Notes under the pieces: model-generated | What the model was told of the DNA's origin: nothing | The model's input: the letters and a program-made list of their open reading frames with translations, nothing else | The model's database searches: none | Shown here: positions 18,814 through 28,926 of the stretch, piece by piece | How the letters are laid out: the number at the start of each line of letters is the position of its first letter | Numbering within the stretch: position 1 is the stretch's first letter | Source of the DNA: Geminicoccaceae bacterium | GTDB taxonomy: Bacteria > Pseudomonadota > Alphaproteobacteria > Geminicoccales > Geminicoccaceae | Direction of reading: 5' to 3' | NCBI GenBank assembly: GCA_025062095.1 | Contig: JANXAZ010000015.1 | Location: 1,561-65,560 of the forward strand | Length of the DNA: 64,000 nt | Program-made: the position numbers and the translations under genes

Positions 18814-19629
18814 ATGGCATCGCGCGGTGCGCCTCGGGCGTCCCGGATGCCGCGGACGGGGTGTGCGATGCCGCGACGGCTCGGCCGCCCGGCTCCGGAG
18901 GTCCGCCGGGTCGGCCCTGATACGGAACCCGCCACACGGACGCTCGTCCTCTCCGACCTCCATCTCGGCCTCAAGACCGCGCGTCCGGCGGCCGTGCGCG
19001 CGACGCTCGAACGTTGGCGCTTCGAGCGGCTCGTTCTCTTGGGCGACATTCTGCACGACGGCGGCTTCGATCATCTGTGCGCCGAAGCGTGGCGGCTGTT
19101 GCGGCGCCTGCGCGCGATCGCCCGCGAGGGTCGGGCGGAGGTCCTGTGGCTCGCCGGCAACCACGACCGGCATCTGGCACCGCTGATCCGCGATCTCGTC
19201 GGGATCGAGGTGCACGAGAGCTGGTCCTGGCGGAGCCGCGGCCGCCGGTTCCTCGCCGTGCACGGCGATCGCTTCGATCCCACCTTGCCGCGCAGCGCGA
19301 GCCTCGCGCGGCTGATCGGCCTCGGCTACGCGTGGTGCATGCGGCGGCTCTCGCGCGACGGCGACTGGCCCCGCCGGCTCGATCGGTGGTGGTCGCGACG
19401 CGCGGGCCTGCAGGCGCTCGTCGCCCTCGGTGCCGCCGCCTGGGCTGCCGAGCAGGACGCCGATCTGGTCCTGTGCGGCCACACCCATGCCCCGCTCGCC
19501 CGCCGCTTCGCCGACCTCGGGCCCGATCGCCCGCCCGTCACCTACGTGAACGCGGGCTCGTGGGTCGAGCCGCGGCCGAGCTTCCTCGCCCTCGATTCCG
19601 ACGGCATCCGCCTGGTTCAGCTGGCCTGA
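18814..19629 (+). CDS. LpxH/PlcP-family metallophosphoesterase (candidate phosphate-starvation phospholipase C)
   Basis: Calcineurin-like motifs LSDLHLG, LLGDILHDG, LAGNHD, VHGDRFD, CGHTH. It sits immediately upstream of btaA. Alternative ATG starts at 18847 and 18868. Confidence 0.65.
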   Translation: MASRGAPRASRMPRTGCAMPRRLGRPAPEVRRVGPDTEPATRTLVLSDLHLGLKTARPAAVRATLERWRFERLVLLGDILHDGGFDHLCAEAWRLLRRLRAIAREGRAEVLWLAGNHDRHLAPLIRDLVGIEVHESWSWRSRGRRFLAVHGDRFDPTLPRSASLARLIGLGYAWCMRRLSRDGDWPRRLDRWWSRRAGLQALVALGAAAWAAEQDADLVLCGHTHAPLARRFADLGPDRPPVTYVNAGSWVEPRPSFLALDSDGIRLVQLA

Positions 19630-19669
19630 GATGCGACCTCGGGTACGGGCGGACGCGAAGGGAGGTTCC

Positions 19670-20872
19670 ATGGCCCGCAGCCTCGCCCGCTCGGTCGCCC
19701 AGACCGAGGCCTCCTGGACCCCGCGCGGCCTGCTCGAGCGGCTGTTCGCCAAGGCCTTCGACGGGCTCGTCTATCCCCAGATCTGGGAAGATCCCGTCGT
19801 CGACATGGAGGCCCTCGCCCCGCTTTCCGGTGCGCGCATCGCCGCGATCGCCTCCGGTGGCTGCAACGTCATGAGCTATCTCGCGGCTCGACCGGCGCGG
19901 ATCCTCGCCGTCGATCTCTCGCCCGCGCATACCGCCCTGCTCGAACTCAAGCTCGTCGCCGCGCGCCGTCTCGAGCAGCCCGAGTTCTTCCGCCTCTTCG
20001 CGATCGCCGAAGGCGCGGAGAACCTCGCCCTTTGGAGCCGTCTGCGCGGGCATCTCTCGCCCGCCGCACGGCGCTTTTGGGAAGCGCGCACGCTTTCGGG
20101 CCGCCCGCGGTTCTCCGCCTTCGCCCGCGGCTTCTACCGCACGGGCCTGCTCGGCCGGTTCATCGGCCTGGGTCATCTCCTCCTGCGGCTGCACGGCCGC
20201 GATCCGCGGCGGCTGCTCGCGGCGCGCGATCGCGACGAGCAGCGCGCCCTTTTCGCTCGCGAGATCGCTCCCCTGCTCGACAGCCCGTTTCTGCGCGTCC
20301 TGGCCGGGCTCTCCCCGGTCTGGTTCGGCCTCGGCATCCCGCCCGCCCAGTTCGACCGTCTGAAAAGAGCGAAACCGGGAGGGATGGTGGCCGTGTTGCG
20401 CGAACGGCTCGAGCGGCTCGCCTGTGCCTTCCCCCTCGATCGCAATTACTTCGCCTGGCAGGCCTTCGCCCGCCGCTACCGTCCCGAAGGTCCCTTGCCG
20501 CCCTATCTCGAGCCGCGGCATTTTCCGCTCCTGCGCTCTTTCGCCGGGTGCGTGCAGGTGCGCCGTGCGAGCCTCGCCGACGCTCTCGCCGAGGAGGACG
20601 CCGCCAGCTTCGACGCCTTCGTCCTTCTGGACGCGCTCGATTGGATGACCCCGGAGCGCCTCGCGGCTCTGTGGGCCCAGATCCGACGCACCGCAGCCCC
20701 GGGGGCACGGGTGATCTTCCGCACCGCCGACGCCCGCTCCCCCCTCGAAGAACTCCTGCCCCGAGAGCTGCGCGCGGGTTGGATCTACGAGGAGGAGCGG
20801 TCGCGCGCGCTTTTCGCCCGCGACCGGTCGGCCATCTACGGCGGCTTCCACCTCTACAGACGCGCAGGCTGA
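19670..20872 (+). CDS. btaA: S-adenosylmethionine:diacylglycerol 3-amino-3-carboxypropyl transferase (DUF3419 family)
   Basis: [15 protein letters not shown] ... [36 protein letters not shown] is the characteristic BtaA/DUF3419 N-terminal pattern. ATG with GGGAGG upstream. Confidence 0.8.
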   Translation: MARSLARSVAQTEASWTPRGLLERLFAKAFDGLVYPQIWEDPVVDMEALAPLSGARIAAIASGGCNVMSYLAARPARILAVDLSPAHTALLELKLVAARRLEQPEFFRLFAIAEGAENLALWSRLRGHLSPAARRFWEARTLSGRPRFSAFARGFYRTGLLGRFIGLGHLLLRLHGRDPRRLLAARDRDEQRALFAREIAPLLDSPFLRVLAGLSPVWFGLGIPPAQFDRLKRAKPGGMVAVLRERLERLACAFPLDRNYFAWQAFARRYRPEGPLPPYLEPRHFPLLRSFAGCVQVRRASLADALAEEDAASFDAFVLLDALDWMTPERLAALWAQIRRTAAPGARVIFRTADARSPLEELLPRELRAGWIYEEERSRALFARDRSAIYGGFHLYRRAG

Positions 20873-20875
20873 GCC

Positions 20876-21589
20876 GTGAGCCCGCTCGATCCCGGAGCCG
20901 TGTTCGCGCGCATGGAGCGGATGTACCGCCCCCAGCGGGCGATCTACGACCTCACCCGCCGCTTCTACCTCTTGGGCCGCGATCGGCTCGTCGACGGCGT
21001 TCCCGCCCGACCGGGGGATCGCGTTCTCGAGATCGGCTGCGGAACCGGACGGAACCTCCTGCGCCTGGGTCGGCGGGTTCCGGACCTGCTCTTGTGCGGT
21101 GTCGACCCCGCCGCCTCGATGCTCGCCTTCGCTCGCCGCCGGCTCGAACGCGCGAACCTCGGCGGGCGCGTGCGGCTCGTGCACGGCGTCGCGGAGCGGA
21201 TCGAGCCCGAGCGCGATTTCGGCGTCGCGGCCTTCGACCACGTGATCGCGAGCTTCTGTCTGTCGATGATCCCGGAACCGCTGACGGCGCTCGAACGCGC
21301 GCTTTCCGTTCTCGCCCCGGGCGGCACCCTGCATGTCGTCGATTTCGGCTCCATGTCGGGATGGCCGTCTCCGCTCGCTGCGGCGCTGCGCGCCTGGCTC
21401 GCGCTCTTCGGCGTGCACCATCGACCCGAGCTGCGCGCCGAGCTGCGTCGACGCGCCGCGCACGGCGAAGGTCGTCTCGAGGAACGCGAGATCGCCGGCG
21501 CTTATGCCGAACTCGCGCGTTTTTCCCGCCCACGGGCGACCTCTTCGGCACGGCCGGTCGCGTGGACGCCGAGCGCGGCCGCGTGCTAG
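20876..21589 (+). CDS. btaB: class I SAM-dependent methyltransferase, BtaB-like (diacylglycerylhomoserine N-methyltransferase)
   Basis: SAM motif [13 protein letters not shown]. Starts 3 nt after the btaA stop. The assignment rests mainly on adjacency to btaA. Confidence 0.65.
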   Translation: MSPLDPGAVFARMERMYRPQRAIYDLTRRFYLLGRDRLVDGVPARPGDRVLEIGCGTGRNLLRLGRRVPDLLLCGVDPAASMLAFARRRLERANLGGRVRLVHGVAERIEPERDFGVAAFDHVIASFCLSMIPEPLTALERALSVLAPGGTLHVVDFGSMSGWPSPLAAALRAWLALFGVHHRPELRAELRRRAAHGEGRLEEREIAGAYAELARFSRPRATSSARPVAWTPSAAAC

Positions 21590-21645
21590 CTGGCGGTCCA
21601 GGCCGAAGCCGGGACCGGCCGAAAGGACAGCGGAGGCTCGCGGAG

Positions 21646-22845
21646 ATGGTTTCTTTCCGCACGCTCGACGGCATCGACGTCAAAGGCAAACGCGTGCTCG
21701 TACGGGTCGACTTCAACGTGCCGATGCAAGACGGCGTGGTCACCGATGCCACCCGCATCGAGCGCAGCACCGCCACGATCCGCGAGCTCGCCGCCAAGGG
21801 CGCCAAGGTCGTGCTGCTCTCGCACTTCGGCCGGCCCAAGGGCAAGCCCGAGCCGGGCCTGAGCCTGGGCCCGATCGCGCGGGCGCTCGCCGCCGTGCTC
21901 GGACGAGAGGTCGCCTTCGCCCCCGATTGCATCGGCGCGCGAGCCGAAGCGGTGGTCGCGGCGCTTCCCGAAGGAGGGGTCGCGCTTCTCGAGAACCTCC
22001 GCTTCCATCCCGGAGAAGAGAAGAACGATCCGGCCTTCGCCGATGCCCTCGCACGGCTGGGCGATCTCTACGTGAACGACGCCTTTTCGTGTTCCCATCG
22101 CGCGCACGCCTCGGTGGTCGCGCTCGCCGAGCGGCTCCCGGCCTATGCCGGGCGGCTTCTGCAGGCCGAGCTCGAGGCGCTCGAGGCGGCTCTGGGTGGT
22201 GCGGCGCGTCCCGCCGCGGCGCTCGTGGGCGGGGCCAAGGTGTCGACCAAGCTCGCGGTCCTCGGCAACCTCCTCGACCGGGTCGATGCGCTCGTCATCG
22301 GCGGGGGCATGGCCAACACCTTCCTCGCCGCCGAAGGTCTTCCGGTGGGCAAGTCTCTGTGCGAACCGGACCTCGCTCCCCGGGCCAAGGCGATCGTCGA
22401 GCGCGCTCAGCAGAAAGGCGTGGAGATCCTGTTGCCGATCGATGCCGTGGTCGCGCGCGAGTTCCGGCCTCATCCGCCGACCCGGGAGGTCGGGGTCGAG
22501 GAGGTGGGCGCGGACGAGATGATTCTCGACATCGGACCGCGCACCGTGCGCGACATCCGCGAAAAGCTCGCCGCCTGCAAGACGCTGCTCTGGAACGGTC
22601 CGCTGGGTGCCTTCGAAGTCCCGCCCTTCGATGCCGGCACGGTGGCGGTGGCGAAAGCCGCCGCCGAGCTCACCCGGGCCGGCCGGCTCGTGACCGTGGC
22701 CGGAGGCGGCGATACGGTGGCGGCGCTCGCGCACGCCGGGGTGCTCGATGCGTTCACCTACGTGTCGACCGCCGGCGGGGCCTTCCTCGAATGGCTGGAA
22801 GGGAAGGAGCTCCCGGGGATCGCGGCGCTCGCCCCGCGCGGCTGA
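21646..22845 (+). CDS. pgk: phosphoglycerate kinase
   Basis: 399 aa: [53 protein letters not shown]. Confidence 0.97.
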   Translation: MVSFRTLDGIDVKGKRVLVRVDFNVPMQDGVVTDATRIERSTATIRELAAKGAKVVLLSHFGRPKGKPEPGLSLGPIARALAAVLGREVAFAPDCIGARAEAVVAALPEGGVALLENLRFHPGEEKNDPAFADALARLGDLYVNDAFSCSHRAHASVVALAERLPAYAGRLLQAELEALEAALGGAARPAAALVGGAKVSTKLAVLGNLLDRVDALVIGGGMANTFLAAEGLPVGKSLCEPDLAPRAKAIVERAQQKGVEILLPIDAVVAREFRPHPPTREVGVEEVGADEMILDIGPRTVRDIREKLAACKTLLWNGPLGAFEVPPFDAGTVAVAKAAAELTRAGRLVTVAGGGDTVAALAHAGVLDAFTYVSTAGGAFLEWLEGKELPGIAALAPRG

Positions 22846-23303
22846 CGGTCCTCGTCCACGATCGTCCGCAGGCCGAGGCCGCCCTCGCCCTCGAGGCCGA
22901 ACTCGGGCTCGCCGTCACCCTCGCCGCTTCGCACGCCCTCACCCGCTTCGCCGGGGTCGGCTACCTCGTCGCCTTGGGAGAGCTCGTCGGGCGGCCGATC
23001 CTCGTCGATTGCGGCGACGAGCCCGGCACGGCGCTCGAGGCCCTGCGCGCCGGGGTCCGCGCCCTCGTGCTCCGCGACGCCCCGGCCCAGATCGGCAAGC
23101 TGCGCGATATCGCCCGGCAGCTGGGAGCGGAGGTGCTGGACGAGCTGCCCTCCCCGGTGATCGCGCTCGCCCCGGGCGAGGACGCGGCGGCCCGGTTGCG
23201 CGCTCTCTTCGCACCAACGGGCCCGGGGCCTTCATCGGAAGCCGAAGCGGCAGTAAGAGGCGCCGAGCCTCTCGGCCGAGGGGTCAGGAGGGGAAGAGCC
23301 ACG
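22842..23303 (+). other. coding-like stretch (about 125 codons with >90% G/C at third positions) in frame with fba and lacking its own stop codon
   Basis: It reads ...[101 protein letters not shown].... No ATG is present. The possible starts are CTG 22842, TTG (about 22973) or an internal GTG. Codon bias decays after about 23215. A 6-bp hairpin (23256-23272) and GGAGGGG precede the fba ATG. Confidence 0.4.
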
Positions 23304-24227
23304 ATGCGCGTCACTCCCGAGGTCAAGAAGATCCTGTCCTGGTACGAATCGGAAAATCCCGGCGTGAAGACCAACCTCGTGCGCCTGCTCATGCACGGGC
23401 GCCTGGGCGGGACCGGGAAGCTCGTCATCTTGCCCGTCGATCAGGGCTTCGAGCACGGGCCTGCGCGGAGCTTCGCGCCCAATCCGGCCGCTTACGATCC
23501 GCACTACCTTTTCGAACTCGCGATCGAGGCGGGGCTTTCCGCGTACGCCGCACCTCTGGGTGCGCTCGAGCAGGGTGCGGCGACCTACGCCGGCGAGGTC
23601 CCGCTCATCCTCAAGCTCAACAGCGCCAACAGCCTGCACGCCGGTATCCCCGATCAGGCGGTCACCGCTTCCGTCGACGACGCCCTGAGGCTCGGGTGCA
23701 TCGGCGTCGGCTTCACGATCTATCCCGGCTCGGAGGCGTGCTACGCGCAACAAGAAGAGCTGCGCGAGATCGCCCGCGAGGCCAAATCCAAAGGGCTCCT
23801 CGTCGTCGTCTGGTCCTATCCGCGCGGCGGCAAAGTCTCCAAGGAAGGCGAGACCGCTCTGGACATCGTCGCTTACGCCGCACACATGGCGGCGCTCATG
23901 GGCGCGCACGTGATCAAGGTGAAGCCGCCTTCCGCGCGGATCGATCTCGATGCCGCCCGGCCGGCTTACGACAAGGCGCAAGTGCCCATGGAAACCCTCT
24001 CCCAGCGGGTGGCGCACGTGGTGCAAGCCGCCTTCAACGGCAAGCGCCTGGTGGTCTTTTCGGGCGGCGAGGCCAAAGACACCGAGGGGCTGTTGGCGGA
24101 GGTCCGCGCCATCCGCGACGGCGGCGGTCACGGCTCGATCATCGGCCGCAACAGCTTCCAGCGCAAAAAGCCCGAAGCTCTGGCCTTGCTCGAGAAGGTC
24201 GTCGCGATCTACCGGGGCGAAGCGTGA
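23304..24227 (+). CDS. fba: class I fructose-bisphosphate aldolase (FbaB/DeoC-LacD family)
   Basis: GRLGGTGKLVILPVDQGFEHGP ... LILKLNS ... VIKVKPP (Schiff-base Lys region) ... GRNSFQ. ATG with GGAGGGGAAG upstream. Confidence 0.9.
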   Translation: MRVTPEVKKILSWYESENPGVKTNLVRLLMHGRLGGTGKLVILPVDQGFEHGPARSFAPNPAAYDPHYLFELAIEAGLSAYAAPLGALEQGAATYAGEVPLILKLNSANSLHAGIPDQAVTASVDDALRLGCIGVGFTIYPGSEACYAQQEELREIAREAKSKGLLVVVWSYPRGGKVSKEGETALDIVAYAAHMAALMGAHVIKVKPPSARIDLDAARPAYDKAQVPMETLSQRVAHVVQAAFNGKRLVVFSGGEAKDTEGLLAEVRAIRDGGGHGSIIGRNSFQRKKPEALALLEKVVAIYRGEA

Positions 24228-24877
24228 ACGAAGGGGCGGCGCCCGCCGCACGGGCGCCGCGGGAACGAGACGGGTTCCAGCGCGCGCTTTTGCTCGAGGC
24301 GCCGCACCCCTTGCCCGCCGATTTTCCGGCCCGGCTCGACGAAGCGCTCGCGGGCGGTCGGATCGCGGGCGTGATCGTGGATCCGCGAGGCGTGGAGCAT
24401 CCCGGGCGCGCCGCCTTCTTGGCCGATCTCGTCGCCCGCTGCCATCGCTTCGCCGCCGCGCTCTTTCTCGCCGAGGACGCCGCGGCGGTGATCGAGGCCG
24501 GTGCCGACGGCGCGCTCTTGCGCGCTGCCGAGGGTATCGAGGGAGCGCGCCGGCTTCTGGGCCTCGAGCGACCGATCGGTGTGACGATCGGTCGCTCGCG
24601 GCACGCCGCCATGGAAGCCGGGGAGGCCGGTGCCGACTGGCTCCTCCTGGGCGAAGGCGAGCCCTTCCCGTACCGCCTCCGCCTCGTCCGCTGGTGGAGC
24701 GAGCTCTTCGTGCTTCCGTGCGCCGCGCGCTGCGCAAGCCCGGAAGAAGGCGCGGCCCTCCTGCAGGCGGGGGTCGATTTCCTGATCCCTCCCCTCGCCG
24801 TGTGGGACGATCCCGAGCGCGCCCTCGCCCCGTACCGCGACCTGCTCGATTCCCCGCGTGCCACAGCCGCGGGATGA
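24224..24877 (+). CDS. thiamine-phosphate synthase (ThiE/TenI) family protein, divergent
   Basis: 217 aa. The GTG overlaps the fba stop (GTGA). TIM-barrel-like pattern (GVIVDPRG ... AALFLAEDAAAVIEAGADG ... GVTIGRSRHAAMEAGEAGADWLLLG). The family call is from pattern and position only. Confidence 0.5.
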   Translation: MNEGAAPAARAPRERDGFQRALLLEAPHPLPADFPARLDEALAGGRIAGVIVDPRGVEHPGRAAFLADLVARCHRFAAALFLAEDAAAVIEAGADGALLRAAEGIEGARRLLGLERPIGVTIGRSRHAAMEAGEAGADWLLLGEGEPFPYRLRLVRWWSELFVLPCAARCASPEEGAALLQAGVDFLIPPLAVWDDPERALAPYRDLLDSPRATAAG

Positions 24878-24982
24878 ACGCGAGACCCCGCGGGTGCGTC
24901 TTCTGCGCTCGGGCCCTGGCCGAGGTCGCCGCGAGCGTCTATGTTGGGTTCGCGTCTGCGACTTTTCGCCGGAGTCCGTCCG

Positions 24983-25801
24983 GTGGCCCGTTGGTCCGCC
25001 AATGTCGAGGTCATGATCCGCGCCGCGCGCACGGCGGCGCGCTTCCTCGTGCGCGACTTCGGCGAGGTCGAGCAGCTCCAGGTCTCGATCAAGGGACCGG
25101 GCGATTTCGTCTCCGCCGCCGATCGCCGGGCCGAGCAGGTGATCCGGGAGACGCTGCAGCGCGCTCGTCCGGATTGGGGATTTTTGCTCGAGGAGACGGG
25201 TCCGATCGAGGGCCGGTCGCGGTTCAACCGGTGGATCGTCGATCCCCTCGACGGAACCACGAACTTCCTCCACGGCCTGCCGCACTGGTCGATCTCCATC
25301 GCCCTGGAGCAGCACGGCGAGATCACCGCGGCCCTCGTCTACGACCCCATCAAGGAAGAGCTGTTCATCGCCGAGAAGGGTGCGGGGGCGTATCTGAACG
25401 ACCGCCGGCTGCGCGTCTCCCGCCGATGGCGGCTGGAGGAGGCTCTCATCGGCTGCGGTCTTCCCGTGCAGGATTGGCCGGCCCGCGCCAAGGGTTTCGC
25501 TCGTCAGCTCGATGCGGTGGCGGATCGGGTCGCGGGGCTGCGCCGGCTCGGGGCGTGCTCGCTCGACCTCGCCTATGTCGCCGCCGGGCGGCAGGACGGC
25601 TTCTGGGAGTACGGGGTCAAACCCTGGGACGCCGCCGCCGGAATTCTCCTGGTGCGCGAGGCGGGGGGCCGCGTGGGCCGGCTCGAAGGAGACGAGGATC
25701 TCTTCGCGCCGGGCACGCTGATCGCCGGCAACCCCGAAATCTACACGCGCTTGCGAGCCATTCTCGCCACCGTCACGCCACCGGAGACGGCGACCGGCTG
25801 A
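24983..25801 (+). CDS. suhB: inositol monophosphatase family protein (SuhB-like)
   Basis: FGEVEQLQVSIKGPGDFVSAADRRAEQ, WIVDPLDGTTNFLHG, WDAAAG. The start is uncertain (the track ORF starts at 24941). Confidence 0.9.
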   Translation: MARWSANVEVMIRAARTAARFLVRDFGEVEQLQVSIKGPGDFVSAADRRAEQVIRETLQRARPDWGFLLEETGPIEGRSRFNRWIVDPLDGTTNFLHGLPHWSISIALEQHGEITAALVYDPIKEELFIAEKGAGAYLNDRRLRVSRRWRLEEALIGCGLPVQDWPARAKGFARQLDAVADRVAGLRRLGACSLDLAYVAAGRQDGFWEYGVKPWDAAAGILLVREAGGRVGRLEGDEDLFAPGTLIAGNPEIYTRLRAILATVTPPETATG

Positions 25802-25829
25802 AGACCCTCCGAAGGCGCACCTCTCGCCC

Positions 25830-27449
25830 TCACCCGCCGAGGCCGCGCGCGCCTTCCCGGATGAACGCTGCGCATCGCTCCCCGATCATGACGCAGGCGG
25901 CGTTCGTGTTCCCCGAGACCACGGTCGGCATGATCGAGGCATCCGCCACCCTGAGGCCTTCGATCCCGTGCACGCGCAGCCGCGGATCGACCACCGCCAT
26001 GGGGTTCGCGGCCGGCCCCATGGCGCAAGTGCCCGCGGGATGAAAGATCGTCGTGCCGCGCGTGCGCACGTATTCCAAGAGCTCCTCGCGCGTGCGGCAT
26101 CGCGGACCGGGGAGGTGCTCTTCGGCCACGAACGGCCGCATCGCGGGTTGCCCCACGACGTGCCGAACGAGCTCGAGGCCGTCGACCATGGTCCGCCGGT
26201 CGGTCTCGGAATCGAGGTAGTTCGCGAAGATCCGGGGAGCGTCGGCGGGATCGGGCGAGCGCAGCTCGAGACGACCGCGGCTTTCGGGTCGGAGTTGGCA
26301 CACCGAGACCGTGAAGCCGGGAAACGGATGCAACGGCTCGCCCGGACGATCGGCGCTGAAGGGGATGACGTGGAACTCGATGTCGGGGGTGGCGAGCTCG
26401 GGTCGCGTGCGCCAGAAAAGCGTGACCACTCCGGCGCCCACGGTCAAAGGACCGCTCCGCGACAGCGCCCATTCGAGCCCGGCCAGCGCCTTGCGCCACC
26501 ACGACCGGCCGACCTCGTTGAGGGTGATCGGGCGCGTGCAACGGTAGACGATTCGCGCCTGGTAATGGTCTTGGAGATTGCGTCCGACGCCGGGCAGATG
26601 CTGCACGACCGGGATGCCGAGCGCCGCGAGATGCTCGCCCGGCCCGATCCCGGAGAGCATCAGGATCTGAGGCGAGCCGATGGCTCCCGCCGAGAGAACG
26701 ATCTCGCGGTTCGCGCGCACGATCCGCTCGATGCCGTCTCGTCGATAAACCACGCCCACCGCCTTTCGGCCTTCGAACAACAGCCGGCAGACGAGCGCAC
26801 GGGTGCGGATCGCGAGGTTGGGCCTTCTTTTGGCCGGGCGCAGATAGGCCACCGCCGCCGAGCACCGAAAGCCGTTGCGGATCGTGAGCTGGAACCATCC
26901 CACCCCGTCTTGCCGCTCGGCGTTGTAATCGGGATTGAAGGGGATGCCGGCTTCGGCCGCGGCGCGAATGAAAGCCTCGAGGAGCGGGCTGCGGTAGCGC
27001 GGCCCCGAAACGGCGAGGGGTCCGTCCCGCCCGCGCCAGCGGGGGTCGCCTTCGCGGTACGACTCGATCCGCTTGAAGAACGGCAGCACCTCCGCGAAGG
27101 ACCAACCGTTACAGCCGAGCTGTCGCCAGTGCTCGAAGTCTTCCGCCTGACCGCGCACCCAGGCGAGACCGTTGATCGACGAGCATCCGCCGAGCACGCG
27201 CCCGCGCGGCCAGACGATCCTGCGCCCCGCCACCTTCTCGTCGGGTTCGGTCTCGAAACTGCGCGCCGTGCGCGGATCGAAGATCGTACGATAATAGCCG
27301 ATGGGCAGGTGGATCCAGGGACTGCGGTCCTCGGGCCCGGCCTCGAGCAGGAGCACCCGCACCCCCGGGTCTTCCGAGAGCCGCGCGGCCAACGGGCACC
27401 CCGCCGAGCCCGCACCGACCACGACGAAGTCGAAGCGCTCTTCGGACAC
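25830..27449 (-). CDS. GMC-family FAD oxidoreductase (choline/alcohol dehydrogenase-like)
   Basis: [33 protein letters not shown] at the N-terminus, GGCSSINGL, and C-terminal HPAGTCAMG ... [12 protein letters not shown] start with GGGAGAGGGGG upstream. Confidence 0.9.
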   Translation of the reverse strand: MSEERFDFVVVGAGSAGCPLAARLSEDPGVRVLLLEAGPEDRSPWIHLPIGYYRTIFDPRTARSFETEPDEKVAGRRIVWPRGRVLGGCSSINGLAWVRGQAEDFEHWRQLGCNGWSFAEVLPFFKRIESYREGDPRWRGRDGPLAVSGPRYRSPLLEAFIRAAAEAGIPFNPDYNAERQDGVGWFQLTIRNGFRCSAAVAYLRPAKRRPNLAIRTRALVCRLLFEGRKAVGVVYRRDGIERIVRANREIVLSAGAIGSPQILMLSGIGPGEHLAALGIPVVQHLPGVGRNLQDHYQARIVYRCTRPITLNEVGRSWWRKALAGLEWALSRSGPLTVGAGVVTLFWRTRPELATPDIEFHVIPFSADRPGEPLHPFPGFTVSVCQLRPESRGRLELRSPDPADAPRIFANYLDSETDRRTMVDGLELVRHVVGQPAMRPFVAEEHLPGPRCRTREELLEYVRTRGTTIFHPAGTCAMGPAANPMAVVDPRLRVHGIEGLRVADASIMPTVVSGNTNAACVMIGERCAAFIREGARGLGG

Positions 27450-27627
27450 GCCCCCTCTCCCGCGCTGCGCCGGTGCGCCATGGGTGCGCGGCGGAAGGGC
27501 GGCGCACAAGCCGGGCGGCGGCGCTTCCGCGTTGCGCCCGGCGAAAGCCGGCGCGAGGCTGCGACCGAGCGCCGCCGCGAGACGTTCGGCGGCGCAGGCT
27601 ATCTGGGCCCGGCGGAGAGAAGCGACG

Positions 27628-28926
27628 ATGCCCACGATCCCTTGTCTCGTTCTCGGTGCCGGGGTGACCGGTGCGGCCGCCGCGCGGGCCGGCCGCCTGC
27701 CGGCGGTCGAGGCCGCCGCTCATCCCGGCGGGATCTGCCGCTCCTATTACGCGAGCGGATCGACGAACGAGCGCCTGGCGGCGCCGCCGTCCGACGGCAG
27801 TGCCTGGCGTTTCGAGACGGGAGGGGGGCACTGGCTCTTCGGAGGCGAGCCGTTGCTCCTCGACTGGCTCGACCGTCTCGCCCCCTTGCGCCGCTACGAG
27901 CGCCGCGCCGCGGTGTATTTCGCCCGCACCGGACTTTCGGTGCCCTATCCCATTCAGAACCATCTCGCCGCTCTCGGGCGCGAGGTCGCCCTCGCCGCTC
28001 TCTGCGAGATGGCACGACCCGCTCCGCCCGCCGAAACCCTGGCCGCGTGGCTGCGCGCCAACTTCGGGCCGACCCTCTACGAGCTGTTCTTCGGCCCCTT
28101 TCACGAGCGCTACACGGCGGGTCTGCTCGACCGCATCGCTCCCCAAGACGCGTACAAGTCGCCGCGCGATCTCGCCCTCGCGCTCCGGGGGGCGTTCGGT
28201 GCCACACCGCCCGTCGGCTACAACGTGCGCTTCGCCTATCCGCGCGACGGGCTCGATGCGCTCGTCCGCGCGCTCGTCGCCGATCTCGACATCGCCTTCG
28301 AGCACGAAGTCGTGCGCATCGACCCCGTCGAACGCACCGTCTTCTTCGCCCACGGCGGCGCCTGTCGCTACGAGAGGCTCCTCTCCAGCCTGCCCCTCGA
28401 CCGCATGCTTTCGCTCTGCGGCCTCGAGCTCGCCGAGCCCGCGGATCCCCACACCTCGGTCCTGGTCCTCAACATCGGCGCCCGCCGGGGGCCCCGTCTG
28501 CCCGATGCGCACTGGCTCTACGTCCCGGATTCCGCCTCGGGTTTCTACCGCGTGGGCGTGTACAGCAACGTGGAGCCCGACTTTTTGCCGCGACGACCCG
28601 ACCGCGACCGGCTCGCGAGCCTCTACGTCGAACGCGCCTGGCCCGGCGGCAGCCGGCCTCCGGCCGAGGAGACCGCGCGATACGAGAAGGCCGTCGTCGA
28701 CGAATTGCAGAGTTGGGGATTCATCGGCGCGGTCGAGGTGATCCAAGCCGACTGGATCGACGTCGCCTATACCTGGTCTTGGCCGGGATCGCGTTGGCGC
28801 GAAAGCGCGCTCGACCTCTTGCGCCGTCATCGTATTTACCAGATCGGTCGCTACGGACGCTGGGTGTTCCAGGGCATCCTGGATTCGATCCGCGAGGGGC
28901 TGGTCGCCGGAAGCTGCACGCGATGA
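27628..28926 (+). CDS. FAD/NAD(P)-binding amine-oxidase-fold protein (UDP-galactopyranose-mutase / protoporphyrinogen-oxidase-like)
   Basis: N-terminal Rossmann motif LVLGAGVTGAAAA ... HPGG. 432 aa. The stop overlaps the start of the GT25 gene (ATGA). Confidence 0.6.
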   Translation: MPTIPCLVLGAGVTGAAAARAGRLPAVEAAAHPGGICRSYYASGSTNERLAAPPSDGSAWRFETGGGHWLFGGEPLLLDWLDRLAPLRRYERRAAVYFARTGLSVPYPIQNHLAALGREVALAALCEMARPAPPAETLAAWLRANFGPTLYELFFGPFHERYTAGLLDRIAPQDAYKSPRDLALALRGAFGATPPVGYNVRFAYPRDGLDALVRALVADLDIAFEHEVVRIDPVERTVFFAHGGACRYERLLSSLPLDRMLSLCGLELAEPADPHTSVLVLNIGARRGPRLPDAHWLYVPDSASGFYRVGVYSNVEPDFLPRRPDRDRLASLYVERAWPGGSRPPAEETARYEKAVVDELQSWGFIGAVEVIQADWIDVAYTWSWPGSRWRESALDLLRRHRIYQIGRYGRWVFQGILDSIREGLVAGSCTR

